64,000 nucleotides of DNA from a virus (lineage: Duplodnaviria; Caudoviricetes). Shown here in pieces: positions 29,201 to 37,896 of this stretch. A program made the translations under genes and the position numbers. Location of the stretch: the IMG/VR virus record IMGVR_UViG_3300028832_000116, positions 1 through 64,000 of that record. One strand, 5' to 3'. The first letter of the stretch is position 1. The number at the start of each line of letters is the position of its first letter. Below the pieces are notes generated by a model that was not told the DNA's origin, did no database searches, and worked only from the letters and a program-made list of their open reading frames with translations.

Positions 29201-29224
29201 GGTGACGGAAAGAAAGATAGCTAA
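26201..29224 (+). CDS. single-subunit two-barrel RNA-polymerase-like protein with terminal HTH domains
   Basis: LIRFPH and LSGADFDGD (DFDGD at 27893-27907); HTH-like segments at both ends; N-terminal LYHYG tag. Confidence 0.75.
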   Translation: MKRQVKPNQKEQKVLQTDIPTEESEVVGEKKQRKKELYHYGTPRHSGRYPWGSGENPYQGDMDFKAHVASLKQRGWSQKEIAKSMKMNTSQLRAKIDIASENISRGRDSMIFKLRDKGYSKMAISRQLQIPESTVRNVLKNVDKIKTNSTRNVAEDLKKAVGEQKYVDVGHGCEVQMGNISKDKLRHAVALMLEEGYEIQYHEQPQMGTGKSTMMKILVPRGTPWAEVEKARKNAEIDYPGFHYEHGDYDNPHKLETPVAVNEKRVKIIYPKDGGDKKDGLIEIRPGCEDLNLGRNSYAQVRIAVGEGNGTHFAKGVAVYGDPKDFPKGVDILVNTSKPNDYPMMGSKDKTVLKPMKKDPITNNPFGASINQDDEGESKHPLRYFQAHYTGKDGQTHLSALNIVNEQGTWDDWNRNLSSQFLAKQTVPLAKRQLSLDARMRNDEFEELKTINNPVVRKNLLESFADNCDSAAVHLKAAALPRQAMQLLIPFTNIKEDEIYAPNFHDGEKVCLIRFPHTGRFEIPELTVNNRFPDGQRVIGGNDPTVKRDAVGINPKVAQQLSGADFDGDTVLVIPNDKGYVRTHGPLEQLDGFAEEMHERYKRPADSPYQQMTPHEKGMQMGLVSNLITDMTLKGATKPELARAVKHSMVIIDAEKHDLDWRQSAEDNNIRQLYIKYQGRSQGGASTLISKASSEKDIPYRKPGETRVDPETGKTRVFYTDPKTGAKLWTTPKPGEKGYKEVAKRVLKEVKDPITGKTLIDEKTKQKIKEPVLDENGKIIYKKVPKMIKSQWMYEESDAMNLSSGTQMENIYGEYANEMKSLANKARLEASHIRPQKQDITAKQVYFKEIKELDAALALAKENAPRERKAQMLANKLFQMKKEDNPELSYDKDKIKKVKGQCLEEARYRVGAKKTLIDPTDRQWEAIQAGAISSNKLEEIIKNCDTDKLKKRATPRSPKGIPPAKIATAKLRLNRGYSPDEVAMSLGVSISTLYRALDLDGDGKKDS

Positions 29225-29234
29225 TCAGTTAGTT

Positions 29235-29274
29235 GCAAAGTCTTATGAATTAGTTTCATAGGGCTTTTGCTTTT
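29235..29274 (+). terminator. putative terminator
   Basis: GCAAAGTCTTATGAA / TTCATAGGGCTTTTGC then TTTT. Confidence 0.6.
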
Positions 29275-29324
29275 GGTACATCAAAGGTTGATGCAAATGC
29301 ATGACAAGGAGGTGATGATCTCAC

Positions 29325-29687
29325 ATGGTGAAAGAGACAGATATTCTATTAACAACTAAAGACAATCCTTACAATCCTTTCACAGAGTATGATGAATGGA
29401 AATACTTTGATGAGAAGATGAAACACTACAACACAGAAGCTTACATTGCTCGTGAAGTTGGTATGCTTGATCCTGATATTAGTGATGAAGCATTAGCTCA
29501 TGAACGAGTTGAAGCTTTCAAAGAGATCATCAGAATAAATGATGAACTGGGGCTGGACATTTATACAATGATATCCCGGGAGGGGGAAAAGTTAGACCCC
29601 ACCCCGTCTGTTTATCTCGGTCAAGATGAAGTGGAAGAGATATCAGACACTCCGGGGGAGGGTCCCGCAGAATCCCCCACCCCCTGA
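29325..29687 (+). CDS. conserved phage hypothetical protein before cos
   Basis: AAGGAGGTG RBS; LTTKDNPYNPF. Confidence 0.75.
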   Translation: MVKETDILLTTKDNPYNPFTEYDEWKYFDEKMKHYNTEAYIAREVGMLDPDISDEALAHERVEAFKEIIRINDELGLDIYTMISREGEKLDPTPSVYLGQDEVEEISDTPGEGPAESPTP

Positions 29688-29728
29688 CATCGCCGCCCTC
29701 TTTAAAAAATCTCCGGGGGGACATTTTG
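29651..29728. other. putative cos site (core CGCCGCCCT 29691-29699)
   Basis: GC island with G/C runs between the last replication-side gene and the packaging genes; HNH gene nearby. Confidence 0.65.
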
Positions 29729-29748
29729 TCAGAACTTTTTAAACCCTT

Positions 29749-29945
29749 TAGGACTTTAGAGGCACTTTCCATAGGTATCCTGGGACACATCACTCCTTTC
29801 GTCTCTGTCGTAGATTAGTGGTTGGGATCTACGATTTAGCGTCACCCAGTTTCTGGCGGCTGGTTCTTCATGTGCTGAAATTCCTCCAAAGATTGATACA
29901 CATAAAAGTCCCAGGATACTTATTGAAAGTGCCTCTAAAGTCTTA
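29749..29945 (+). repeat. 38-bp inverted repeat enclosing a 121-nt structured loop (candidate ncRNA)
   Basis: arms 29749-29786 and 29908-29945, 35/38 complementary, two differences are G-U compatible. Confidence 0.8.
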
Positions 29946-29995
29946 TTAAACTAATTTAATTCAATGGTTATCTCAGCCAAAGGAGGGATAGTCTT

Positions 29996-30328
29996 ATGAA
30001 AACTAAGACTAAAGTTGCTGAAGAGCCACTGCATCGTCAAACTCCCGCAATAACTCCAGAGGGTCGAGAGGACCAAATGATCGCTTATGCAGTGGATCTT
30101 GCTGAACAACAGCTCAGAAATGGAACTGCATCGAGTCAAGTGATTACACATTACTTGAAATTAGGTTCCATGCGCGAGCGGAAAGAAAAAGAGAAGCTTG
30201 AAGAAGAGATTAAACTTTTAAAAGCTAAGACCGAAGCTCTTAAAGCAGATAAAGAAAGAGATATCCTTTACGCTCAAGCTATCGAAGCTATGCGTAGGTA
30301 TACCCCGCATTCTTCAGACGAGTATTAA
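29996..30328 (+). CDS. putative terminase small subunit
   Basis: first gene after cos; helical, 110 aa; assignment by position. Confidence 0.45.
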   Translation: MKTKTKVAEEPLHRQTPAITPEGREDQMIAYAVDLAEQQLRNGTASSQVITHYLKLGSMRERKEKEKLEEEIKLLKAKTEALKADKERDILYAQAIEAMRRYTPHSSDEY

Positions 30329-30354
30329 ATCAAAATAAGTAGGAAGAAACTCAT

Positions 30355-30642
30355 ATGGCACATGTTATGAATTATCAAGAAATTCTCACTGCTGCTGAGA
30401 AAAGGAAAACCATTTATGAGGAGCTTCGACTTAAGGAAAGAATAAGACCGCTTAGATTTGATGGTGTTGATTTTGTCGGAGTTAAAGATAATTGCTTTCT
30501 TATGCTGATGGAATGCGACGAAGAAGTATGTATGGATTACAATTTGTATTATCGTTGTTGGAATAAAATGCCAAGTGATGAAGAGAGATCTAATGCGTTT
30601 TGGAAAGAGGATCCATACATGATTCCTCAGGAAAAAGAATGA
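30355..30642 (+). CDS. hypothetical protein
   Basis: ORF after AATCAAAAT motif. Confidence 0.65.
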   Translation: MAHVMNYQEILTAAEKRKTIYEELRLKERIRPLRFDGVDFVGVKDNCFLMLMECDEEVCMDYNLYYRCWNKMPSDEERSNAFWKEDPYMIPQEKE

Positions 30643-31058
30643 TGTTAAGATGCTATACAGATTTAATTCAATTATCAACATTCAAAGAGCGATATGAGTA
30701 TTTACGCCTTGGAGGAATAGTTGGTCAAGATACTTTTGGATTTGATCGTTATTTAAATCAGAAGTTTTATCATTCATACGAATGGAAACAGATTCGGAAT
30801 AAAGTGATTATGCGAGATGAAGGTCGTGATCTTGGAGTAGAAGGTTATGAACTTCATGGTAACATATTTATTCATCATATGAATCCGATTAAACCAGAAG
30901 ATCTTTCAAATGTTCCGGATGAAATACTAAATCCAGAATTTTTAATTTGTGTAAGTAAGCGAACGCATGATGCAATACATTTTGGAGACGCAAGTTTATT
31001 ACCAAAGTTGCCTACTGAGAGAACGCCGAATGACACGTGTCCATGGAAGTTAAACTGA
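30639..31058 (+). CDS. HNH endonuclease (packaging-associated)
   Basis: WKQIRNKVIMRD...IHHMNPI...LICVSKRTHDAIH. Confidence 0.85.
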   Translation: MMLRCYTDLIQLSTFKERYEYLRLGGIVGQDTFGFDRYLNQKFYHSYEWKQIRNKVIMRDEGRDLGVEGYELHGNIFIHHMNPIKPEDLSNVPDEILNPEFLICVSKRTHDAIHFGDASLLPKLPTERTPNDTCPWKLN

Positions 31059-31174
31059 TTTAAAAATCATTTAAACCACTTTCATAAGATGCAAGTGTTG
31101 TTCTGCGTTCTCTAGCATTGAGAACAAGGCTTTGCGTCTTTGCCTAAAATTTGAAAGAAAGGAGGGATTTGTTC

Positions 31175-31609
31175 ATGGCCCTCGTTAATAACAATAGCAT
31201 TCTAATGAGTGTTAAACAAATGCTGAATATTGAACCTGAAGAGATGGGGTTCGATGTTCAGATTGGGACATATATTAATGCTCAATTTATGACTTTGCAT
31301 CAACTTGGTATTGGTCCAGATGAAGGATTCTCAGTATGGGATGCTGATACAGTATGGACAGATTTCTCCACAGATAAAACGCTGCTCGAGGTTGTGAAGC
31401 AGTATGTATGCTTAAAAGTTCGAATGATGTTTGATCCACCGGCATCGTCAATTGTTTCAGATGCTATTAATAATCAAATTCACGAACTTGAATGGCGTTT
31501 AAACATTCAGGCTGAAAAAGCTTGGGAAGAGTATCCACAAGATAAAAATGAAGAGGAAACGAATTCGTCAGAAGATGATCTAGTTTCCGAGGAAGCTGGT
31601 GAACCATGA
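31175..31609 (+). CDS. head-to-tail adaptor (gp6-like), probable
   Basis: SILMSVKQML...VKQYVCLKVRMMFDPP...ELEWRL. Confidence 0.6.
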   Translation: MALVNNNSILMSVKQMLNIEPEEMGFDVQIGTYINAQFMTLHQLGIGPDEGFSVWDADTVWTDFSTDKTLLEVVKQYVCLKVRMMFDPPASSIVSDAINNQIHELEWRLNIQAEKAWEEYPQDKNEEETNSSEDDLVSEEAGEP

Positions 31610-33438
31610 AGTATTATGCCGTAACGGATGACCCGAGAGAGCTGTACCACTATGGCGTAAAAGGCATGAAGTGGGGCCAGCATATCTTTGGTGATAAACC
31701 TAAAAGCCCTGGATATCATAGAGCATCTAGAAAACTAAAGTCTTTAATGAGTAAAACTTCCAGCAGTTTAAAGAGTGTTGGAAAAGCGGCTCAGAAGTCT
31801 GTTGCTCAAATTTCGTATGATCTTAGAAAAAAGCAAGATGCGAGGTATCAGCAAAGAGTTCAAAAGAGTCAAGACAAATTTGATAAAAAAATGGTAAAGC
31901 TTGACTCTAAAATCGATAATTATTTTGCCAATAAACCGGTAAAAGATGCCAAACGAGCAGCCGCTATAAATAGTGCAAAGAATAATATCGCTGCAATTGG
32001 AAGTACAATTAAAAAAGCACCTGGCCAAATTGCTTATAATATTCGTAAACAGCAGGATTCGAGGTATGAAAAAGCTGTTCAGAAAGCGCAAGCTAGAAAT
32101 AATTTATCAAAGGCTTTATCATCCTTAGATAAAGAGGATAAATATAGAAAGCAGATTGACCGTGAACGCAAGATGGAATCTTTGCGTGAACGTCAAGCGG
32201 ATGTTCAGGCAGATAATGATCTTAAAGCATTATCTAAAGCGGTTCGAGCTGAAAAGCATATGCCGAAGTATATGCAGGAAGCTCGTACAGGAATGCTTAA
32301 ATATGGAAAGTTATCTGAAGATCAGATTGGTCGTGTTCAGGAACGTCTTGCTCTTGAAGCCCAAACTAGAAGACTGGGTAGCACAGAAGCTCCTTCATGG
32401 CGGCAGCAGAAGAAAGCAGCGCGTCGTGAAGGTTATCTTCAGGGTATTACTAAAGGTATTTCTGCTGGTATGGAAGAAGTTGGCCGTGCCAGTGTTCAGT
32501 ATGGTATCAAGAATCTTGCAAATCGTAAGAAGATGGATAATGCGTCTGAGCTTAAAGCAGAACGTGAAAAGACAGCTAATCGCATTAAGAATAAGAAGAC
32601 TCGTTCTGAAATGCGTGGAGATTTTAAACAGGATGTCTATAACGAACAGCTTAAAGCTGGTGTTAAAGCATCCGAACGTGGTGTTCCATGGCAGACTTCG
32701 AGAAAAGCGGCGCAGCGTCTTCAGGAAGCTAAGAGGATTCAAAATGAAAATCAGGGTAAACTTGAAGATGCGAATGCTGAACGCAAATTCCTTATGGATG
32801 AAAAACATGACACTATTCGTACAGAACGTAAGAATAAACTTGAAGATGCTCGTGCCGAACAAAAGTTTCTTACTGATGAAACGCATAATAAAATTCGCAA
32901 TGAACGTGAACGCCAAGAACGTCTTTCTGAAGATGAGGAAAAAGTTAAGCGTATTGGTGAGCAGATGTATAAATACGGTTTTGCTGTTCTTCCACAATAT
33001 AATAAAGATGGTAAATTTACAGGATATATGAAATATAATGCGGATGGTTCTATTGGTAAGGATAAAGCTGCTGCAGGTTTGGGTGAAATTTATAAGCAAG
33101 ATCATGATCGAGCCGAAGCTGAAAGGCAGCGTATAGAAGCTGAGGCAGCTAGAGAAAGAGCACGTGCCGAAGCTGAAGCTAAAGCAGAAAAACAGAGACA
33201 AGAGCATGATGAACAGGTTAAAAAAGATGAATTAAGAAGACAAAGAGAAGCACGTGAAGCTAGAAAAGAAACGGTTGAAGCTATAAGAATAATGGATAAA
33301 GCTCCTGATCGTTATAGAGCAATGGATAGAGCTTCTAATCGTTCTCATCCTAGCATGCTTAACCAATTTTTAAATCAGTTGGCAGTAGAACGTGAATATG
33401 TTAAACCTAAAAAACCAAAGAGGCGGCATAAAGGTTAA
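31606..33438 (+). CDS. HYG-tag basic coiled-coil protein
   Basis: ELYHYGVKGMKWG; Lys/Arg-rich; two pairs of internal repeats. Confidence 0.8.
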   Translation: MKYYAVTDDPRELYHYGVKGMKWGQHIFGDKPKSPGYHRASRKLKSLMSKTSSSLKSVGKAAQKSVAQISYDLRKKQDARYQQRVQKSQDKFDKKMVKLDSKIDNYFANKPVKDAKRAAAINSAKNNIAAIGSTIKKAPGQIAYNIRKQQDSRYEKAVQKAQARNNLSKALSSLDKEDKYRKQIDRERKMESLRERQADVQADNDLKALSKAVRAEKHMPKYMQEARTGMLKYGKLSEDQIGRVQERLALEAQTRRLGSTEAPSWRQQKKAARREGYLQGITKGISAGMEEVGRASVQYGIKNLANRKKMDNASELKAEREKTANRIKNKKTRSEMRGDFKQDVYNEQLKAGVKASERGVPWQTSRKAAQRLQEAKRIQNENQGKLEDANAERKFLMDEKHDTIRTERKNKLEDARAEQKFLTDETHNKIRNERERQERLSEDEEKVKRIGEQMYKYGFAVLPQYNKDGKFTGYMKYNADGSIGKDKAAAGLGEIYKQDHDRAEAERQRIEAEAARERARAEAEAKAEKQRQEHDEQVKKDELRRQREAREARKETVEAIRIMDKAPDRYRAMDRASNRSHPSMLNQFLNQLAVEREYVKPKKPKRRHKG

Positions 33439-35186
33439 TGCTGTATCTTAGCAATACAGCCACGCCAAAGTATTTTGCACAGTTTCGTGATCTGGTTGTA
33501 CGCGGTGAAATTCCGGTATGTAAAGAAATTTCAATGGAAATGTACCGGATTCAAGAACTTATAGATAATCCTGGGGTTTATTATGATCCTCAGCCAGTTG
33601 AGTGTTTTATAGATTTTTGTGAAGCAGAGATGTGTTTAACAGATGGTTCCGATTTAACACTTCTCGATTCATTCAAACTTTGGGCTGAGGAAGTATTTGG
33701 ATGGTATTATTTTGTTGAAAAAAGTGTTCCCGTCGTGAGTCCTGACGGTCATAGCGTTCATTATGAAACTCGCACGGTTAAGAAGCGCTTAATTACAAAA
33801 CAGTTTCTAATTGTTGGTCGAGGCGCGGCTAAATCGATTTATGCCAGTTGCATTCAGTCGTTCTTTCTGAATATCTATCCAGAAACAACTGATCAGATTG
33901 TTACCGCACCAACGATTAGACAATCAGATGAAACTTTGGGCCCGATTCGTACAGCAATTGTTCGAGCTCGTGGCCCTTTGTTTAAATTCCTTACTGAGGG
34001 AAGTTTACAAAACACGACAGGATCAAAAGCAAACCGCGTGAAATTAGCTTCCACGAAATTGGGAATACAAAATTTTATTAATGGCTCTATTATCGAACCT
34101 CGTCCAATGACAATCGATAAACTTCAGGGCCTTCGTCCTAAGGTGGCTACGATTGACGAATGGCTGTCGGGAGATATTCGCGAAGACGTCATAGGAGCTA
34201 TTGAACAGGGTGCTTCCAAACTTGATGATTACTTTATTTTAGCAACTTCGTCAGAAGGTACTGTTCGAAATGCTAGTGGTGATGATATCAAAATGGAATT
34301 ACTCAGTATTCTTAAGGGCGAGTATTATAATCCTCATGTTAGCATCTTCTATTATAAGTTAGATGATGTTAAAGAAGTTGGAAATCCGAATATGTGGCTT
34401 AAAGCTAACCCGAATCTCGGCAAAACGGTTAGCTATGAGGCTTATCAGCTTGATGTAGAAAGAGCAGAGAAAGCCCCGTCCGCTAGGAATGATATACTGG
34501 CAAAACGATTTGGAATTCCGCTCGAGGGTTATACGTATTTCTTTACTTATAACGAAACCCTCCCCCACAATCATCGTGACTTTTGGCAAATGCCTTGTTC
34601 TATGGGCATTGATCTTTCACGTGGCGATGACTTTTGTGCTTTCACATTCTTATTCCCGATTGGTGATGGTAGTTTTGGTGTTAAGACGCGTTGCTATATT
34701 TCAGCAGCAACTTATGCCAATTTGCCACAGTCGACCAGAAATAAGTATGATGAATTCATATCCGAGCATAGTCTTCAGGTATTAGATGGAACAATACTTG
34801 ATATGATGGATGTCTATGACGATCTCGATAGATTTATCGAGGAATCTAAATATGATGTTCGTTGTGTTGGTTATGACGTTTATAATGCTAAAGATTTTAT
34901 TGCTCGGTGGGCAAACGAAAATGGTCCATTTGGCATAGTTAAAGTTATACAGGGTGCAAAGACTGAGAGCGTTCCTTTAGGAGAGATAAAGAAACTTGCT
35001 GAAGAACGTGCTCTTATATTTGATCAGCAAATGATTACCTACACAATGGGTAATTGTATAACTTTAGTTGATACAAATGGTAACCGAAAACTTTACAAGA
35101 AACGTAACGATCAAAAGATCGACTCTGTAGCAGCTATGATGGACGCATTAGTTGCTTACAAGATTAATCGAGAGGCGTTCGATTGA
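33438..35186 (+). CDS. terL: terminase large subunit
   Basis: VGRGAAKS, ATIDEW, GIDLSRGDD, KIDSVAA. Confidence 0.92.
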   Translation: MLYLSNTATPKYFAQFRDLVVRGEIPVCKEISMEMYRIQELIDNPGVYYDPQPVECFIDFCEAEMCLTDGSDLTLLDSFKLWAEEVFGWYYFVEKSVPVVSPDGHSVHYETRTVKKRLITKQFLIVGRGAAKSIYASCIQSFFLNIYPETTDQIVTAPTIRQSDETLGPIRTAIVRARGPLFKFLTEGSLQNTTGSKANRVKLASTKLGIQNFINGSIIEPRPMTIDKLQGLRPKVATIDEWLSGDIREDVIGAIEQGASKLDDYFILATSSEGTVRNASGDDIKMELLSILKGEYYNPHVSIFYYKLDDVKEVGNPNMWLKANPNLGKTVSYEAYQLDVERAEKAPSARNDILAKRFGIPLEGYTYFFTYNETLPHNHRDFWQMPCSMGIDLSRGDDFCAFTFLFPIGDGSFGVKTRCYISAATYANLPQSTRNKYDEFISEHSLQVLDGTILDMMDVYDDLDRFIEESKYDVRCVGYDVYNAKDFIARWANENGPFGIVKVIQGAKTESVPLGEIKKLAEERALIFDQQMITYTMGNCITLVDTNGNRKLYKKRNDQKIDSVAAMMDALVAYKINREAFD

Positions 35187-35187
35187 T

Positions 35188-35910
35188 ATGAGTGAGTATT
35201 ATGGAGTAACAACGCCTACCGATGATTACCTGGCGCATTATGGCGTAAAAGGTATGAAATGGGGTGTACGAAGAGCTCTTGCTACAGGGAATGCTAAAGC
35301 ATTAGCAAGACAGTATTCAAAGGCAAGAAGAAAGCTCGATAAGTTAAATAAGAAATCTGATATTAAACAGCAAAAGAAAGAAATGTCAAAAGCAATAAAA
35401 CGTGCTGCAATAGGTGCAGGAGTTGTTGGTGCTGGATTAGGTATTAATATTGGTTCTAAAAAGTTGTTTAAGAAGGATGCTATTAAAAAACCAATTACCA
35501 TTCACGAAAATGTTATAAACGAGAAAATTATTCCTGAAAAAATAATTAGAGAGACAATTATTCCAGAAAAAGTAATTAAAGAAAAATATACAATGTGGGA
35601 TAATGTTCCAACACAAACATTTAACAAATCTACAGTAAGTGGTGTTAGCTCTAAGTTTAAAAGTGGAACAAAAAAAGCAAATGTCCGTAATGGAATTGGG
35701 AATGCTGCTAAAATTGCTAGTGTTGCTGCTCTTGGTTATACAGGATATAATATTGGAAAAGGTATTGCATCAGTATATAGACAGACATCAAAAGGCCATG
35801 TTAAAGCTGTAGTAAAACGTGATGATTGGCGCAATCATATGCTTGATACTTTTAAAGGAACCGAATATTCTAATTTTCCTAATATACAAAAGAAGAAAAA
35901 GAAGAGGTGA
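35188..35910 (+). CDS. HYG-tag protein (paralogue A)
   Basis: YLAHYGVKGMKWGVRR; two Gly/Ala helices; FKGTEY and basic tail. Confidence 0.8.
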   Translation: MSEYYGVTTPTDDYLAHYGVKGMKWGVRRALATGNAKALARQYSKARRKLDKLNKKSDIKQQKKEMSKAIKRAAIGAGVVGAGLGINIGSKKLFKKDAIKKPITIHENVINEKIIPEKIIRETIIPEKVIKEKYTMWDNVPTQTFNKSTVSGVSSKFKSGTKKANVRNGIGNAAKIASVAALGYTGYNIGKGIASVYRQTSKGHVKAVVKRDDWRNHMLDTFKGTEYSNFPNIQKKKKKR

Positions 35911-35915
35911 TTATT

Positions 35916-36638
35916 ATGTCTGAATATTATGGCATAAATAATCTCTCTGATTTTTTTGTGCATTATGGTATAAAAGGTATGAAGTGGGGTATTCGTAAGA
36001 AACAATCTTCTGGTCAAATTCTGTTTGTATCTGGAAGTTCTAGAACGCAAGATAAAAATTCGCCATATTATAGACGCAAATTACCAAAAAACGTTCGAAA
36101 AGTTTTGAAATCTTCAATAAAATCTGGAGATAAAATAGTTGTTGGCGATGCCCCTGGAATAGATCGTCAAACTCAGGATTATTTAAAGAAAAAGCATTAT
36201 AAAAATGTAGAAGTTTATAGTCCTGGAACTAGCGTTCGTTATTTAGCAAATCCTAAATGGAAGGCAAATATGATTAATGATAAAGATCATGAGCCGATGA
36301 GCCCCGAATGGCTTGCAAAGAAAGATATAGTCATGACGAATAAGTCTACAAAAGGGCTTGCTGTTATTTTAGACGAAGGGTCTAAAGCTACTCGAAATAA
36401 TGTACAGCGAATGATTAAGCAGAAAAAAAGTATGAAAATTTTTGAGCTTCATAATACTAATAAAGATCGCATAAAACCTTTAGTTAAGGGATTTGCTCAC
36501 CCTGATGATCAAGAGATTATTTATTGGGGAATTAATGATCCAAAGAAAAAGATTGGAAAAGGTTGGGATGTGAATGGTCATAATTATGCTGTTCAGTATC
36601 GAGGCCTTGTCGATCGAAGAACTAGAAATAAGTTGTAA
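35916..36638 (+). CDS. HYG-tag protein with SLOG (YspA/DprA-like) domain
   Basis: FVHYGIKGMKWG then LFVSGS, IVVGDAPGID, KDIVM...LAVILDEGSKAT. Confidence 0.65.
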   Translation: MSEYYGINNLSDFFVHYGIKGMKWGIRKKQSSGQILFVSGSSRTQDKNSPYYRRKLPKNVRKVLKSSIKSGDKIVVGDAPGIDRQTQDYLKKKHYKNVEVYSPGTSVRYLANPKWKANMINDKDHEPMSPEWLAKKDIVMTNKSTKGLAVILDEGSKATRNNVQRMIKQKKSMKIFELHNTNKDRIKPLVKGFAHPDDQEIIYWGINDPKKKIGKGWDVNGHNYAVQYRGLVDRRTRNKL

Positions 36639-36662
36639 ATAGTTTTAAGAAAGGAAATCAAA

Positions 36663-37166
36663 ATGGAAGATATGAAATTATCAGCTCCATGGATTACTTT
36701 TGTTCATGAGCTTGAAGCGCTTTTTTCAGAAGATCTCGAAGTGAAAGTAAAGTATGACGAAACAAATAATACTGTAAAGCTTTACGTTGCAGATTCTGAT
36801 AAGGCCATGGCTCTTGAAAAATTAATTCCTGCTAAAAAAGATTTTGGAAATGTTTCTATAGCTATTAGCGTTATTCCTCCGAATGTTGAGGAAATGACAA
36901 AAGAGGATTTATTTAATAAAGCTTTCCGTGGTAATCCTGCGGTATCTTTTACGGCTTCTTATGACAATCCTCTCGGCCATTTAACTTATATTGTTTTCGA
37001 AAAGAAGGTTGTTCAGTTTTTTAATGATCAGTTAGACGATATTAATGGTAATAAATCTATGCTTTTTCAGGAAATTGCATATGATGTGTTCGGATCTGAT
37101 CATGCAGTATTTTATTGTACAGATGCTGATAGAAATTTATCTAAACCCCTTGGTGAATGGCCGTAA
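36663..37166 (+). CDS. hypothetical protein
   Basis: AAAGGA RBS, 167 aa. Confidence 0.75.
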   Translation: MEDMKLSAPWITFVHELEALFSEDLEVKVKYDETNNTVKLYVADSDKAMALEKLIPAKKDFGNVSIAISVIPPNVEEMTKEDLFNKAFRGNPAVSFTASYDNPLGHLTYIVFEKKVVQFFNDQLDDINGNKSMLFQEIAYDVFGSDHAVFYCTDADRNLSKPLGEWP

Positions 37167-37189
37167 TAAATTAGGATACAGGTGATCAA

Positions 37190-37882
37190 ATGAATTATTA
37201 TGCAGTTGAACGCTCCACGGATCACCTGGAGCATTATGGCGTAAAAGGTATGCGGTGGGGCGTACGAAGGGCTCTTGCTACAGGAAACGCTAGAGCATTA
37301 GCAAGGCATTATCGTAAGGCAGCGAAAAAATTAGCTAAGCTTCAGAATATTGGTAATCATGCTGGTCGTTCGAAAGCAAAAGCTATTGCATATGGAACTG
37401 CTGCTGCTGGAACCGGCGCATTAGCTATTGGCGGAACTGGATTAGCTTCTAAAGTTTTTAAATATGGCGCCGCAGGAGCTAAAACATTAAGAACAAAAAG
37501 ATTAAAAGAAGATTTGCTTTCTAAAGGTTTAAAAGGCATAGAAACTGGTGCTGGAAAAGCTGCAGGAGCAATTGAAAATCTTGGTAAAGGTGAAACTAGA
37601 TTTTTGTTAAATAGGCCAGTTATTGGTAAAAATGGCACTTTGGAAAAGAAAGCCATTTTGGACAAAAAAATTTCCAATAATACTTTGTTCCGTCTTGGTG
37701 CTTTGGGTGCAACTGCTGGTTTTGCTGCTAAATCTGCTCAGCATGCTTATCGTGCTAGAAATGCAGATGCATATAGAGAAAAAGCAGAGCGATTTAAAGA
37801 AGCTATGGATGATGTTTTTGCTGGAACTGATTATGAAGGTCATTATGAAAAAGCGCGTCGTAGAAGACGTAATTATGGTTGA
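37190..37882 (+). CDS. HYG-tag protein (paralogue B)
   Basis: HLEHYGVKGMRWGVRR; FAGTDY and Arg tail. Confidence 0.8.
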   Translation: MNYYAVERSTDHLEHYGVKGMRWGVRRALATGNARALARHYRKAAKKLAKLQNIGNHAGRSKAKAIAYGTAAAGTGALAIGGTGLASKVFKYGAAGAKTLRTKRLKEDLLSKGLKGIETGAGKAAGAIENLGKGETRFLLNRPVIGKNGTLEKKAILDKKISNNTLFRLGALGATAGFAAKSAQHAYRARNADAYREKAERFKEAMDDVFAGTDYEGHYEKARRRRRNYG

Positions 37883-37896
37883 TGGAGGAGAATACA

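Noticed and set aside
32156-33207. Long alternative-frame ORFs within the 31606 gene
   Set aside because: Explained by low-complexity Lys/Glu/Arg coding
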